Of a DNA stretch of 40,547 bases, positions 27,801-35,575 are shown piece by piece (the first letter of the stretch is position 1; the number at the start of each line of letters is the position of its first letter). Below the pieces are notes generated by a model, which saw nothing but the letters and a program-made list of their open reading frames with translations, was not told where the DNA came from and did no database searches. A program made the translations under genes and the position numbers. The DNA comes from Vulcanimicrobiota bacterium (GTDB lineage: Bacteria; Vulcanimicrobiota; Vulcanimicrobiia; Vulcanimicrobiales; Vulcanimicrobiaceae), in NCBI GenBank assembly GCA_003135555.1, contig PLCF01000054.1, positions 55,452 through 95,998 on the forward strand, written 5' to 3'.

Positions 27801-28771
27801 TCGCCGGACCGATTCGTCTCGACGTCGTCGGCCCCGACGAGTACGTGCGCGTGGTGTTGCCGCGATCGCACGCACTCTGGGCTGGTGCACGGAGCTTCGA
27901 CGAGTACGCCGGCGAGTTCCGCACGACGGCGGCTTCCGGCTGGGGCAAACGCCGTTTTCGTACGCTCGGGCTGCGCATCGGCGGCGAGCTCGTCGCGTCG
28001 TGCAAGCGCTACGAGCGCGTGTTGCGCTGCGGCGAGCGCACGTTTGCCGCGGCTGGGATCGGCGCGGTCTACACCCCCGCTGAGCTGCGCGGGCGCGGCT
28101 ACGCGACAGCGTTGCTCGGCGCGTTCCTCGACGCCGAGCGCGACGCCGGGACGGATTTGGCGTATTTGTTCAGCGACATCCATCCGGCGTTCTATGCGCG
28201 GCTCGGTTTCGTAGCGCTGCCGTCGCGCACGATCGCGTTGCGGGCCGACCTGCTGCCCGGCGAGCGTGTCACGGTCGTCGCCCTGGGCGACGGCGACGCG
28301 GCCGCGATCCGCCGCGTCTTCGACGCGCTCGATGCACGGCGCCCGTTCGCGTTCGCGCGCACGCCGCTGGAGTGGGACTGGCAGCGCTTGCGCGCCGGCT
28401 CGAGCGAACATCCGGGACAAGTCCTGCGGCTCGGCGTCCGGCGCGGCCGCGGCTTGGCCGCCTACGTTACCGGACGGCGCGTCCCGCTGGCCGATGCGTT
28501 CGTCCTGGACGAGTTCGCGTTCGCGCGCGACGAGGACGCGGGCACGCTCGCGCCGCTGCTGCGCGCCGCGGCCGGAGACTTGCGCACCATCCGCGGCTGG
28601 CTGCCGCCCGCGGTCGCACGCGACCCGCTGCCGCGCGGCGCTGTGCGGGCGCGCACCAGCGCGATCGCCATGCTGCTCCCGCTCAGCGCGGCTTTTCGCG
28701 CGGCGTTTCGCGCCCGGCCGCTCGAACGGCGCGCGCCGGCCGACCCCTGTTGGAGCACCGACCATATCTAG
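27797..28771 (+). CDS. GNAT family N-acetyltransferase (Eis-like); start uncertain
   Basis: GIGAVYTPAELRGRGYATALL acetyl-CoA motif, YLFSDIHPAFYARLGF. Confidence 0.8.
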   Translation: MIAGPIRLDVVGPDEYVRVVLPRSHALWAGARSFDEYAGEFRTTAASGWGKRRFRTLGLRIGGELVASCKRYERVLRCGERTFAAAGIGAVYTPAELRGRGYATALLGAFLDAERDAGTDLAYLFSDIHPAFYARLGFVALPSRTIALRADLLPGERVTVVALGDGDAAAIRRVFDALDARRPFAFARTPLEWDWQRLRAGSSEHPGQVLRLGVRRGRGLAAYVTGRRVPLADAFVLDEFAFARDEDAGTLAPLLRAAAGDLRTIRGWLPPAVARDPLPRGAVRARTSAIAMLLPLSAAFRAAFRARPLERRAPADPCWSTDHI

Positions 28772-28936
28772 GGAGGCTCTGAAGAAGTCGGGTGCCACAA
28801 AGCCGCCGAGGATTTTTCGTCGGATCGAGGCGCGAGGAGGGAGCAATGCCGTAGCATTGTGACCGACGCAGCAACGAAGAGCCCGGCGGAAAAGACCGGC
28901 GGCGACTGGCGCGGGACTTCTTGAGAGCCTCCCTAG
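28768..28936. mobile_element. MITE-like element with terminal inverted repeats and CTAG flanks
   Basis: CTAGGGAGGCTCTGAAGAAGTC (28768-28789) vs GACTTCTTGAGAGCCTCCCTAG (28915-28936): 21/22 inverted match; internally palindromic; no transposase. Confidence 0.75.
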
Positions 28937-29859
28937 TTCAGGACAACGTCCGTCTGCATCGGGTCGTCAAGCGACTTCGCAGCTTCCTTTAGGCAGCGCA
29001 CGAACGGCGCGATCGCGGAGTTGCCCTCGTCGGCACGCCAGACCGCGTGCAGAGCGATCGTCTTCTGTTTTGGACGGAGCGGACGGTAGACGATGCCCGG
29101 TATCGGCAGCTCGCGACTCGCGTCGTACATGAGCGCGACACCGATACCAGCCGCAACGCACATCACCAACATGTCGACGGTCTCGACTACCTGCACGACG
29201 TTTGCCCGGAACCCGGCCTCGGAGAGCGCGCCGCGCACGAGGTCCTTGGACCCGTAGCCTCGATGCGCCGCGATCTCGACGAACCGTTCCCCAGCCAGGT
29301 TTCCCAGTTCGACGACGGTGTTGCCGGCAAGACGGTGCCCCGCCGGCAAGGCTACCACAAGGGGATCGCTCCGCAATCGTTCACTGCGCAGCCCATTGCG
29401 CAGGTCAACCGGACCACGCACGACGGCGATATCGAATTCGCCTTTGCGCAGTTGCTCCAACTCGAGCAGCTTCACCGGATCGCTGAGCGAAATCGGGACC
29501 CCCGGACGCTCGGCTCGGAAAAGCCGAATCGCCACCGTGATCACCGCGTAGCGCGCGCTGCTGCGCGTTCCGATCTTCAGGCGTTCCGTTGAGCCGGCCG
29601 ATGCTTCGGCCATCATGCGCCGAATGTTTTGGGCCCTGCCCAGCAGGGCCATCGATTCGCGGGCGAAGATTTCACCAGCCGGCGTTGGCTCGATCTGCCG
29701 TTGCGCGCGCGAAAACAACGAAACGCCCAGACCTCGTTCAAGCGCCGCGATACGACGGGTGAGCGCGGGCTGGGTCATCCCGAGTGCGGCCGCACCGCGC
29801 CCGAAGCCGCGGTGCTCAATGACCGTCATGAAGCATTCGAGATCGCGGAAATCAAACAT
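28933..29859 (-). CDS. LysR family transcriptional regulator
   Basis: FGRGAAALGMTQPALTRRIAALERGLGVSLFSR HTH; C-terminal substrate-binding domain (CVAAGIGVAL). Confidence 0.9.
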   Translation of the reverse strand: MFDFRDLECFMTVIEHRGFGRGAAALGMTQPALTRRIAALERGLGVSLFSRAQRQIEPTPAGEIFARESMALLGRAQNIRRMMAEASAGSTERLKIGTRSSARYAVITVAIRLFRAERPGVPISLSDPVKLLELEQLRKGEFDIAVVRGPVDLRNGLRSERLRSDPLVVALPAGHRLAGNTVVELGNLAGERFVEIAAHRGYGSKDLVRGALSEAGFRANVVQVVETVDMLVMCVAAGIGVALMYDASRELPIPGIVYRPLRPKQKTIALHAVWRADEGNSAIAPFVRCLKEAAKSLDDPMQTDVVLN

Positions 29860-29931
29860 CGTACGTCCGCATCGGCGTCGTGTTCGCCGGGGCGGCTCGC
29901 ATCCCGTCCTCCTCCGAGTCGCAGCGTGCGG

Positions 29932-30972
29932 TCAGAAGAGCTTGAGTTGCCGAGCTTCTTCGTCGGTCAGAGAGGCAACCCGCGTGCCCAGCAGCCGGAT
30001 CGGAACGCCGTACATCCCGGCGCGTTGCCAGCACCATACCGCCGCGTCGTGGATCGTCGCGGCGTCGTTGGTCGCGATGGCGAGTGAGGTCTGCCGCCCG
30101 GTGATCGTGTGGTCGGCCTTCTTGATCTTGACGCCGACGGTCGAGGCGCGCAGTTGCTTGGCTTGGAGATCGCGAGCCAGCTCGTCGGACTGCACCCGCA
30201 GGAGCGCCAGGATGCGGGCCTCGTCGCGCTCGTCGTACTCGAACGTCTCCTCGGTCGAAATCGACTTGCGTTCGCGCGACGGATCGACGTCGCGCTCGTC
30301 GATGCCGCGCGCCAGGTCACGATAGAACGTGCCGCCGCGCCCGAACAAGTCGTAAAGCGTGCGTTCGTCGAGCGCCGCGACGTCGCCGATGGTACGAACG
30401 CCCGCGGCCTCGAGGCGCGGCTGGGTCTTGGGACCGATCCCCCACAAGCGCGCGATCGGCATCGGCGCCAGGAACGCCGCTTCGGTGCCCGGGCGCACGA
30501 CCGTGAGACCGTCGGGCTTGTCGAGGTCGCTGGCGATCTTGGCGACCATCTTCCCGGATGCGACGCCCGCACTCACCGTCAAGCCGACCTCGGCGCGGAC
30601 GCGCGCCCGCACCCGCTGCGCGAAGGCGACCGCCGCGTCGAGATCGTCCCCCGCGACGGCAACGAACGCTTCGTCGAGCGACAGCCCTTCCACGGCGCGA
30701 CCGTCCTCCTCGAAGATCGCGAACACGCGCTGCGACGTCTCGCGGTACGCCGTGAAGTTGGGCGGAACGACCGTGAGTTGCGGACATAGCTCGAGGGCAC
30801 GATACAGCGGCATCGCCGATCGCACGCCGTACGGCCGCGCCTCGTACGACGCGGTCAAGACGACGGCCCGCCGTGACGATCCCGAGACTGCCAACGGAAC
30901 CCCGCGCAGCGACGGATCGTCACGCTGGGCGACGGACGCATAGAACGCATCGAGGTCGAAGTGCGCGATCAT
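29932..30972 (-). CDS. dinB: DNA polymerase IV
   Basis: HFDLDAFYASV, ASYEARPYGVRSAMP, LSLDEAF, AKIASDLDKPDG, LWGIGPKT, IRLLG. Confidence 0.95.
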   Translation of the reverse strand: MIAHFDLDAFYASVAQRDDPSLRGVPLAVSGSSRRAVVLTASYEARPYGVRSAMPLYRALELCPQLTVVPPNFTAYRETSQRVFAIFEEDGRAVEGLSLDEAFVAVAGDDLDAAVAFAQRVRARVRAEVGLTVSAGVASGKMVAKIASDLDKPDGLTVVRPGTEAAFLAPMPIARLWGIGPKTQPRLEAAGVRTIGDVAALDERTLYDLFGRGGTFYRDLARGIDERDVDPSRERKSISTEETFEYDERDEARILALLRVQSDELARDLQAKQLRASTVGVKIKKADHTITGRQTSLAIATNDAATIHDAAVWCWQRAGMYGVPIRLLGTRVASLTDEEARQLKLF

Positions 30973-30990
30973 GAGCGGTGCCGCCGGCAG

Positions 30991-31305
30991 CTACGGGTCG
31001 GGGTTCGTCTGCTCCAAATCGACGATCGCCTCGACGTCGCCTTCGTCGATCGACACGGCAACGCGACCATCGGAATCAGAGCGGACGACCTCGCCGGCAA
31101 ACTCTCGCTCGCGCCCGTCGAGACCGGTGACCGCGAAGCGCAGGCGCGTCCCCTCCGCCGCGGGACCCTGCGCGACCAGCAGCATCCCGCCGCGCGAGAC
31201 GTTCTCGGTCGTACCGTGCTTGGGCGTACCGTCCGGGCCGCGGTACACGACGGGGAGCCGGATCGCGATACGCTTCGTGCTGCGGCGTTCGGGCTGTTCG
31301 CTCAT
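30991..31305 (-). CDS. Stand-alone PilZ domain protein
   Basis: RxxxR (RSTKR) and NxSxxG (NVSRGG) c-di-GMP-binding motifs; SD GGAGGTG before ATG 31305. Confidence 0.85.
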   Translation of the reverse strand: MSEQPERRSTKRIAIRLPVVYRGPDGTPKHGTTENVSRGGMLLVAQGPAAEGTRLRFAVTGLDGREREFAGEVVRSDSDGRVAVSIDEGDVEAIVDLEQTNPDP

Positions 31306-31327
31306 GGTCTCACCTCCGGTGCCGTCG

Positions 31328-32173
31328 TCACGCCGCAACCCCGTCCAACACGGTCCGGATGGCGCGCAGGTTGCGCGCGTCGTCATCTTCCTCGCCCGGC
31401 GTTTCGAGGATCGCGACCTTTCCCACGACCCCCGGATGCGCGACGATCGCGCGGAACCCTTCGATGCCGATCCGGCCCTCGCCGATGTGCCAGTGGCGGT
31501 CGCGATGACCGCCCAGCTCGATCTGGGTGTCGTTGAAGTGGAACATCACCACGCGCTCGAGACCCAGCTCGCTCTCGACCAGCTCGAAAAACCGCTCGAC
31601 GCCGTCGCGGCTGTCGATCGCGTAGCCGGCCGCCCAAGTATGGGCGGTGTCCAGGCAGACGCGCAGGTTCGGATGTCCGATCGCACGCACGAATGCGCCG
31701 AGCTCCTCGATCGTGCCACCGCACAGCTGGCCCGCTCCCGCGCTGTTCTCCATCACCAGGGAGACGTCGGGTGCGATGCCGTCGAGTGCGTCCTCGAGTG
31801 CAGCCACGACCGCTGCGAAACCGTCGGCCCGCGCGCGCGTACCGTATGAGCCCAGATGCGTGTTGACGTAGGCGACGTCACCGACGGCGGCGATCGCGAG
31901 ATCGTTCTTGAGCAGCCGCAGCGAGCCGGCAACGGTCTTGTCGTCCTCGCTCGCGAGGTTGATGAGATACGACGTGTGGATCACGGCCGGGGCGATCCCG
32001 GCCTGGACTCGCGCCGCCGCGAAGCGTTGCAGCGCCGGCGTGTCGATGGCGCCGACCCGGTACGTCTTGGGGTTGCCGGCGAAGAACTGCAGCGCGTCGT
32101 AGCCGAGCTTGCGCGCGTAGCCGACGGCGGCTTCGTACCCCGTACCGACGCGCACGTGCGCCCCGATCCGCAT
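31328..32173 (-). CDS. nfo: Endonuclease IV (AP endonuclease)
   Basis: IGAHV, HTSYLINLAS, THLGS, MENSAG, CLDTAH, HFND, DRHWHIGEG, ILETP. Confidence 0.94.
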   Translation of the reverse strand: MRIGAHVRVGTGYEAAVGYARKLGYDALQFFAGNPKTYRVGAIDTPALQRFAAARVQAGIAPAVIHTSYLINLASEDDKTVAGSLRLLKNDLAIAAVGDVAYVNTHLGSYGTRARADGFAAVVAALEDALDGIAPDVSLVMENSAGAGQLCGGTIEELGAFVRAIGHPNLRVCLDTAHTWAAGYAIDSRDGVERFFELVESELGLERVVMFHFNDTQIELGGHRDRHWHIGEGRIGIEGFRAIVAHPGVVGKVAILETPGEEDDDARNLRAIRTVLDGVAA

Positions 32174-32191
32174 CAACGGTGCTCTAGCAGG

Positions 32192-33412
32192 CTAGCGGCG
32201 GCGGCCGAAGTTGAATTGGCGCGCCCGCATCCCGGTCGGCATGAAGCTCTTGGCACGCGGCGACGCCATCGCCCGGGACGGGTTCTTCTCGAACGTCGTC
32301 CCGGTCAGCAGCACCGCGTCCGAGGGGCGTTCGCGGCGGCCGACGCGGCCGATGAGCTGCTCGACCTCCGACTCGCCGAACGCGTCGGAATCGGTGATGA
32401 CGATGAGGTCCGCGGCCGGGATGTCGATCCCGCTGCCGACCAAGTTCGTCGCGGCCAGCACCGCCGGCGCCTTGCCGCGAAACGCGTTCATCATCTCGAT
32501 ACGCGTCCCGACCTCGTTCACCCGAACGCCCTTGCGGCGGTGGCGGCGGCCTTGTTCCTCGGTATCGGCCATGTCGCCGCGCAGCTGCTGCACTTCGATC
32601 CCATAGGTGTGCTCGAGCCGTTCGGCCAGGCGCGGCACGTCGCCGCGAGTCCGCCCGATGACGAAGATGCGCGAACCGCGCGCGAGATGGTCGCGAATGA
32701 GCACGTCGGCACGCGAGAGCTGCTCGGCCGGCGGCTCACCCCAAACGCCCTCGACCTTGTGCACCTTGGTCGGCAACACGTCGAAGGGCATGCCCTTCAT
32801 CGCGACGACGTTGTCCATCGCGCCGATCCGTTCGAGAAAGCGCCTCAACTCGTCGGGCGTCGCCGACGCGAAGAGCATCGGACAGTCGAGATCTTCGAGC
32901 AGCCGCAAGTGCTCGCGCTCGTCGAACGCGTTGACGTCGTCGACGACGAGCAGATCGCTCGAATCGAGGATGTCCCAATGCCGGTCGATCGTGAGCATCA
33001 TCGCCGAGCCGACGACGACGTGAATCGTACCGTTCGCGATCCCGGCCTCGACCGCACGCCGCTCCCCCGGCGCGGCGCCGCCATGGATCTGACCGACGCC
33101 GATCCCCGTCCCCTCCAGCCGTTCGGTGAAGTAGGTGACGTGCTGGCGAATCAAGTCGCGCGTCGGCGCCAAGATCACCACGTAACCGTCGGTCTTCATG
33201 ATGGTGTCGACCGCGACACGCAGCATCACCTCGGTCTTGCCGGAGCCGGTCGGGGCCTTGAGCAAAAACTCGAACTGGCCTTCGTCGAGGCCGGTGGTGA
33301 GCCGGTTGAGGGCGACCTGTTGGCCGTCGGTGAGGGCGAAGGATTCGCCCGGCTGGATCAACTCGTGGATGAGCGCGACGCGCTGGGCGTTTCGGTCGAT
33401 CGTCGCCCACAC
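32192..33412 (-). CDS. RecG-like SF2 helicase core without wedge domain, degenerate DExH (start uncertain; GTG 33412 assumed)
   Basis: LTDGQ, LLKAPTGSGKT, LAPTRDLIRQH, VVDDVNAF, SATP, ATNLVGSGIDIP, QLIGRVGR. Confidence 0.75.
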   Translation of the reverse strand: MWATIDRNAQRVALIHELIQPGESFALTDGQQVALNRLTTGLDEGQFEFLLKAPTGSGKTEVMLRVAVDTIMKTDGYVVILAPTRDLIRQHVTYFTERLEGTGIGVGQIHGGAAPGERRAVEAGIANGTIHVVVGSAMMLTIDRHWDILDSSDLLVVDDVNAFDEREHLRLLEDLDCPMLFASATPDELRRFLERIGAMDNVVAMKGMPFDVLPTKVHKVEGVWGEPPAEQLSRADVLIRDHLARGSRIFVIGRTRGDVPRLAERLEHTYGIEVQQLRGDMADTEEQGRRHRRKGVRVNEVGTRIEMMNAFRGKAPAVLAATNLVGSGIDIPAADLIVITDSDAFGESEVEQLIGRVGRRERPSDAVLLTGTTFEKNPSRAMASPRAKSFMPTGMRARQFNFGRRR

Positions 33413-33438
33413 GTCGGCAGGGACGAGACTCGATGATA

Positions 33439-33457
33439 GGTTCGCCGGGGGCGAACC
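33439..33457. other. 8-bp hairpin immediately after the scpB stop
   Basis: GGTTCGCC-ggg-GGCGAACC; followed on the minus strand by TATCAT (possible -10 for the helicase gene). Confidence 0.4.
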
Positions 33458-33459
33458 CG

Positions 33460-34167
33460 CTAGACCGCTGATGGTTGTGGCTCCGTTTCTTGCTCTGCGA
33501 CGATCGTCTCGACCGGCGCCTCGTTGCTGTTTCGTTCGTCCGTCTCGGACCAAATAGACTCACCCCGGTGGACCGCGTCCGGCCCGGCAGGGGTTTCCTG
33601 CCCGGCGGCAACGGTGCGGATCGGGAGCGCCAGCTCGATGGGGGAGGCGCCGTCGACGTCGATCGGGGGCAGCTCCTCGAGCGAGCGCAGCCCGAACACC
33701 TCGAGAAACTCCGGCGTGGTCTTGTACAGGATGGGGCGGCCCGGGACGTCCTTGCGGCCCGATTCGGTCAGGAACCGGCGGTCGACGAGCGTCGCGATGA
33801 CCGAATCGGCGCTCACCCCTCTGATCCCCTCGATCTCCCCTTTGGTCACCGGCTGCATGTACGCGGCGATGGCGAGCGTCTCAAGCGCGGCCGGCGACAG
33901 GTTCGTCTTGGGCGGCATCAGGTAGGCTTCGACCGCCTCGCGGGCGCCGGGCGAGCTGGCGAAGCGGTAGCCGCCCGCGATCTCGCGCAGCACGACGCCG
34001 CGGTGCGAGAACTCCTCGTCGATCTTCTGCAGGGCGACGGTGACCTCGGCCTCCTCGGCTCCGGTGAGCTTGGCCAGGGTCTTGATCGAAAGCGCTTCTG
34101 AGGCCACGAACAGCAGCGCCTCGAGGTCGCGCTGCAGCTTGCCGGTGTCGACGAGCTCAGGCTGCAC
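33460..34167 (-). CDS. scpB: SMC-ScpAB condensin subunit ScpB
   Basis: LEALLFVASE, LSPAALETLAIAAYMQPVTKGEIEGIRGV, PGRPILYKTTPEFLEVFGLRSLEELP; GTG at 34167. Confidence 0.94.
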   Translation of the reverse strand: MQPELVDTGKLQRDLEALLFVASEALSIKTLAKLTGAEEAEVTVALQKIDEEFSHRGVVLREIAGGYRFASSPGAREAVEAYLMPPKTNLSPAALETLAIAAYMQPVTKGEIEGIRGVSADSVIATLVDRRFLTESGRKDVPGRPILYKTTPEFLEVFGLRSLEELPPIDVDGASPIELALPIRTVAAGQETPAGPDAVHRGESIWSETDERNSNEAPVETIVAEQETEPQPSAV

Positions 34168-34915
34168 GGTGCTCCTCGGGGACCGCGACAAGCTCGATGT
34201 CGCCGAATGCCTCGGCCTGCGCGACGCGCACCCGCTCCCGGCGGACCAATTCGAGAACCGCCAAGAAGGTGACGATGATCGCGAGCCGGTCCAGACCCGC
34301 GCACAGCGCGAAGAACGAGGCCCGGCCCTGGCGGCGCACCGCTCGCACGACCGCGTCCATCTGCTCGACCAGCGAGACCCGCTCGCGCACGATCGTGCGC
34401 TTCTCGGGCTTGGCCGCGCGCAACGCCGCAGCCAACGCTTCGGCGAGCTTGGCGACGTCGATCTTGTAGCGCTGCACGAAATCCGCGGTCGGATCGCCGC
34501 CGTCGGCGCGCAGAAAGAACGCGGCGGCCTCGGCGGCACGCGCCTTGAGCTCGTGGCCCGCGTCGCGGTACTTCGAGTAGGTCAACAGGCGTTCGCGCAG
34601 CCGCGCCTCGACGGCTTCGGCCGACTCTTCGGGATCGCCGGCGAACTCGATCGGGATCGGCGGCAGCAAGGCCTTGGACTTCAGGAAGACCAGCGTGGCA
34701 GCGACCACGAGGTAGTCCGCCGCGAGCTCGACGTCGAGCGCTTCCATCGCCTGGATGTAGGCGAGGTACTGGTCGGCTACCAGCGCGAGCGGGACCGTCG
34801 CGATGTCGAGCTGGCGCTCCTTGACGAGGCTGAGCAGCAGGTCCAGCGGACCGTCGAATACATCGAGCGAGACACGCAGCGCCGGCGGCAACGACCCATT
34901 GTCACCCGGACGCAT
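34157..34915 (-). CDS. scpA: Segregation/condensation kleisin ScpA (start uncertain: 34915, 34936 or 34993)
   Basis: FDGPLDLLLSLV, AADYLVVAATLVFLKSKALLP, IVTFLAVLELVR, QAEAFGDI. Confidence 0.94.
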   Translation of the reverse strand: MRPGDNGSLPPALRVSLDVFDGPLDLLLSLVKERQLDIATVPLALVADQYLAYIQAMEALDVELAADYLVVAATLVFLKSKALLPPIPIEFAGDPEESAEAVEARLRERLLTYSKYRDAGHELKARAAEAAAFFLRADGGDPTADFVQRYKIDVAKLAEALAAALRAAKPEKRTIVRERVSLVEQMDAVVRAVRRQGRASFFALCAGLDRLAIIVTFLAVLELVRRERVRVAQAEAFGDIELVAVPEEHRAA

Positions 34916-34950
34916 GTCACGCTGCGCGTGACGCATGTCAGGCTGCGCGT
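34909..34950. repeat. 21-bp tandem duplication (2 copies, 1 mismatch)
   Basis: GACGCATGTCACGCTGCGCGT / GACGCATGTCAGGCTGCGCGT. Confidence 0.85.
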
Positions 34951-34989
34951 GAGCTTGGCCTGCCCTGAGCCCGTCGAAGGGTCGAAGGG
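34950..34989. repeat. Nested REP-like element of the CCTGAGC...GTCGAAGG type
   Basis: TGAGCTTG[GCCTGCCCTGAGCCCGTCGAAGG]GTCGAAGGG; translates as PFDGLRAG / ACPEPVEG, resembling a dispersed bacterial palindromic repeat type. Confidence 0.6.
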
Positions 34990-34993
34990 TCAA

Positions 34994-35476
34994 TTACGCG
35001 CTCGTGTCCCTCACCGCTTGCACCGCTGGAACGATCTCGGGCTCGAAGATGCCGCTCTCGCGCTCGAGCCACTCGAGGCCGAGGTCGACCAAGCGCTTCT
35101 CGTTGACGTACTTGAGCGCTTTCTTGGCCGCCTTGATCTCGAACCACCGGGCTTCGTCGACCTCGTGGTCGTGGTTCGCAGTGTCACCCGAGAGGTAGCG
35201 CATCAGGTAGAAATACACGGATTTCTTGTGCTTGGTGCGGTTGAGATAGAACCAGTACGAGATATCGGAGAGCTTGGACAGGATCTCGGCCCAGCAACCG
35301 GTCTCCTCGCGAACTTCGCGCAACGCCGCCTGCTCGTGCGTCTCCCGGTTCTCGACGTGCCCCTTGGGAAGCGACCAAACGCGCGGCTCGCCGCGGCCGA
35401 TAAGCAGGGCCTCCAAGGAGTTTCCGTTCCGCCGCAAGACTAGCCCGCCGGCGGAGACCTCGTACTTGATCCGCAT
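34994..35476 (-). CDS. NUDIX hydrolase
   Basis: SAGGLV, WSLPKGHVENRETHEQAALREVREETG Nudix box. Confidence 0.93.
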   Translation of the reverse strand: MRIKYEVSAGGLVLRRNGNSLEALLIGRGEPRVWSLPKGHVENRETHEQAALREVREETGCWAEILSKLSDISYWFYLNRTKHKKSVYFYLMRYLSGDTANHDHEVDEARWFEIKAAKKALKYVNEKRLVDLGLEWLERESGIFEPEIVPAVQAVRDTSA

Positions 35477-35496
35477 CGTCGCTTCCGGAGACAGCG

Positions 35497-35527
35497 CCAG
35501 CCCGAAGAATTCGGGCTGGTTTTCTTT
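35497..35527 (+). terminator. Hairpin plus T tract with intrinsic-terminator geometry on the + strand
   Basis: CCAGCCCGAA-gaa-TTCGGGCTGG followed by TTTTCTTT. Confidence 0.55.
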
Positions 35528-35533
35528 AGTATA
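35528..35533 (-). promoter_or_regulatory. -10 element TATACT for the NUDIX-scpAB run
   Basis: TATACT in a locally AT-rich patch 51 nt upstream of the NUDIX ATG. Confidence 0.55.
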
Positions 35534-35575
35534 GCGCGCGGCCCCAAGAAGGACCGGCCGCCGGGGACGCCGCCG

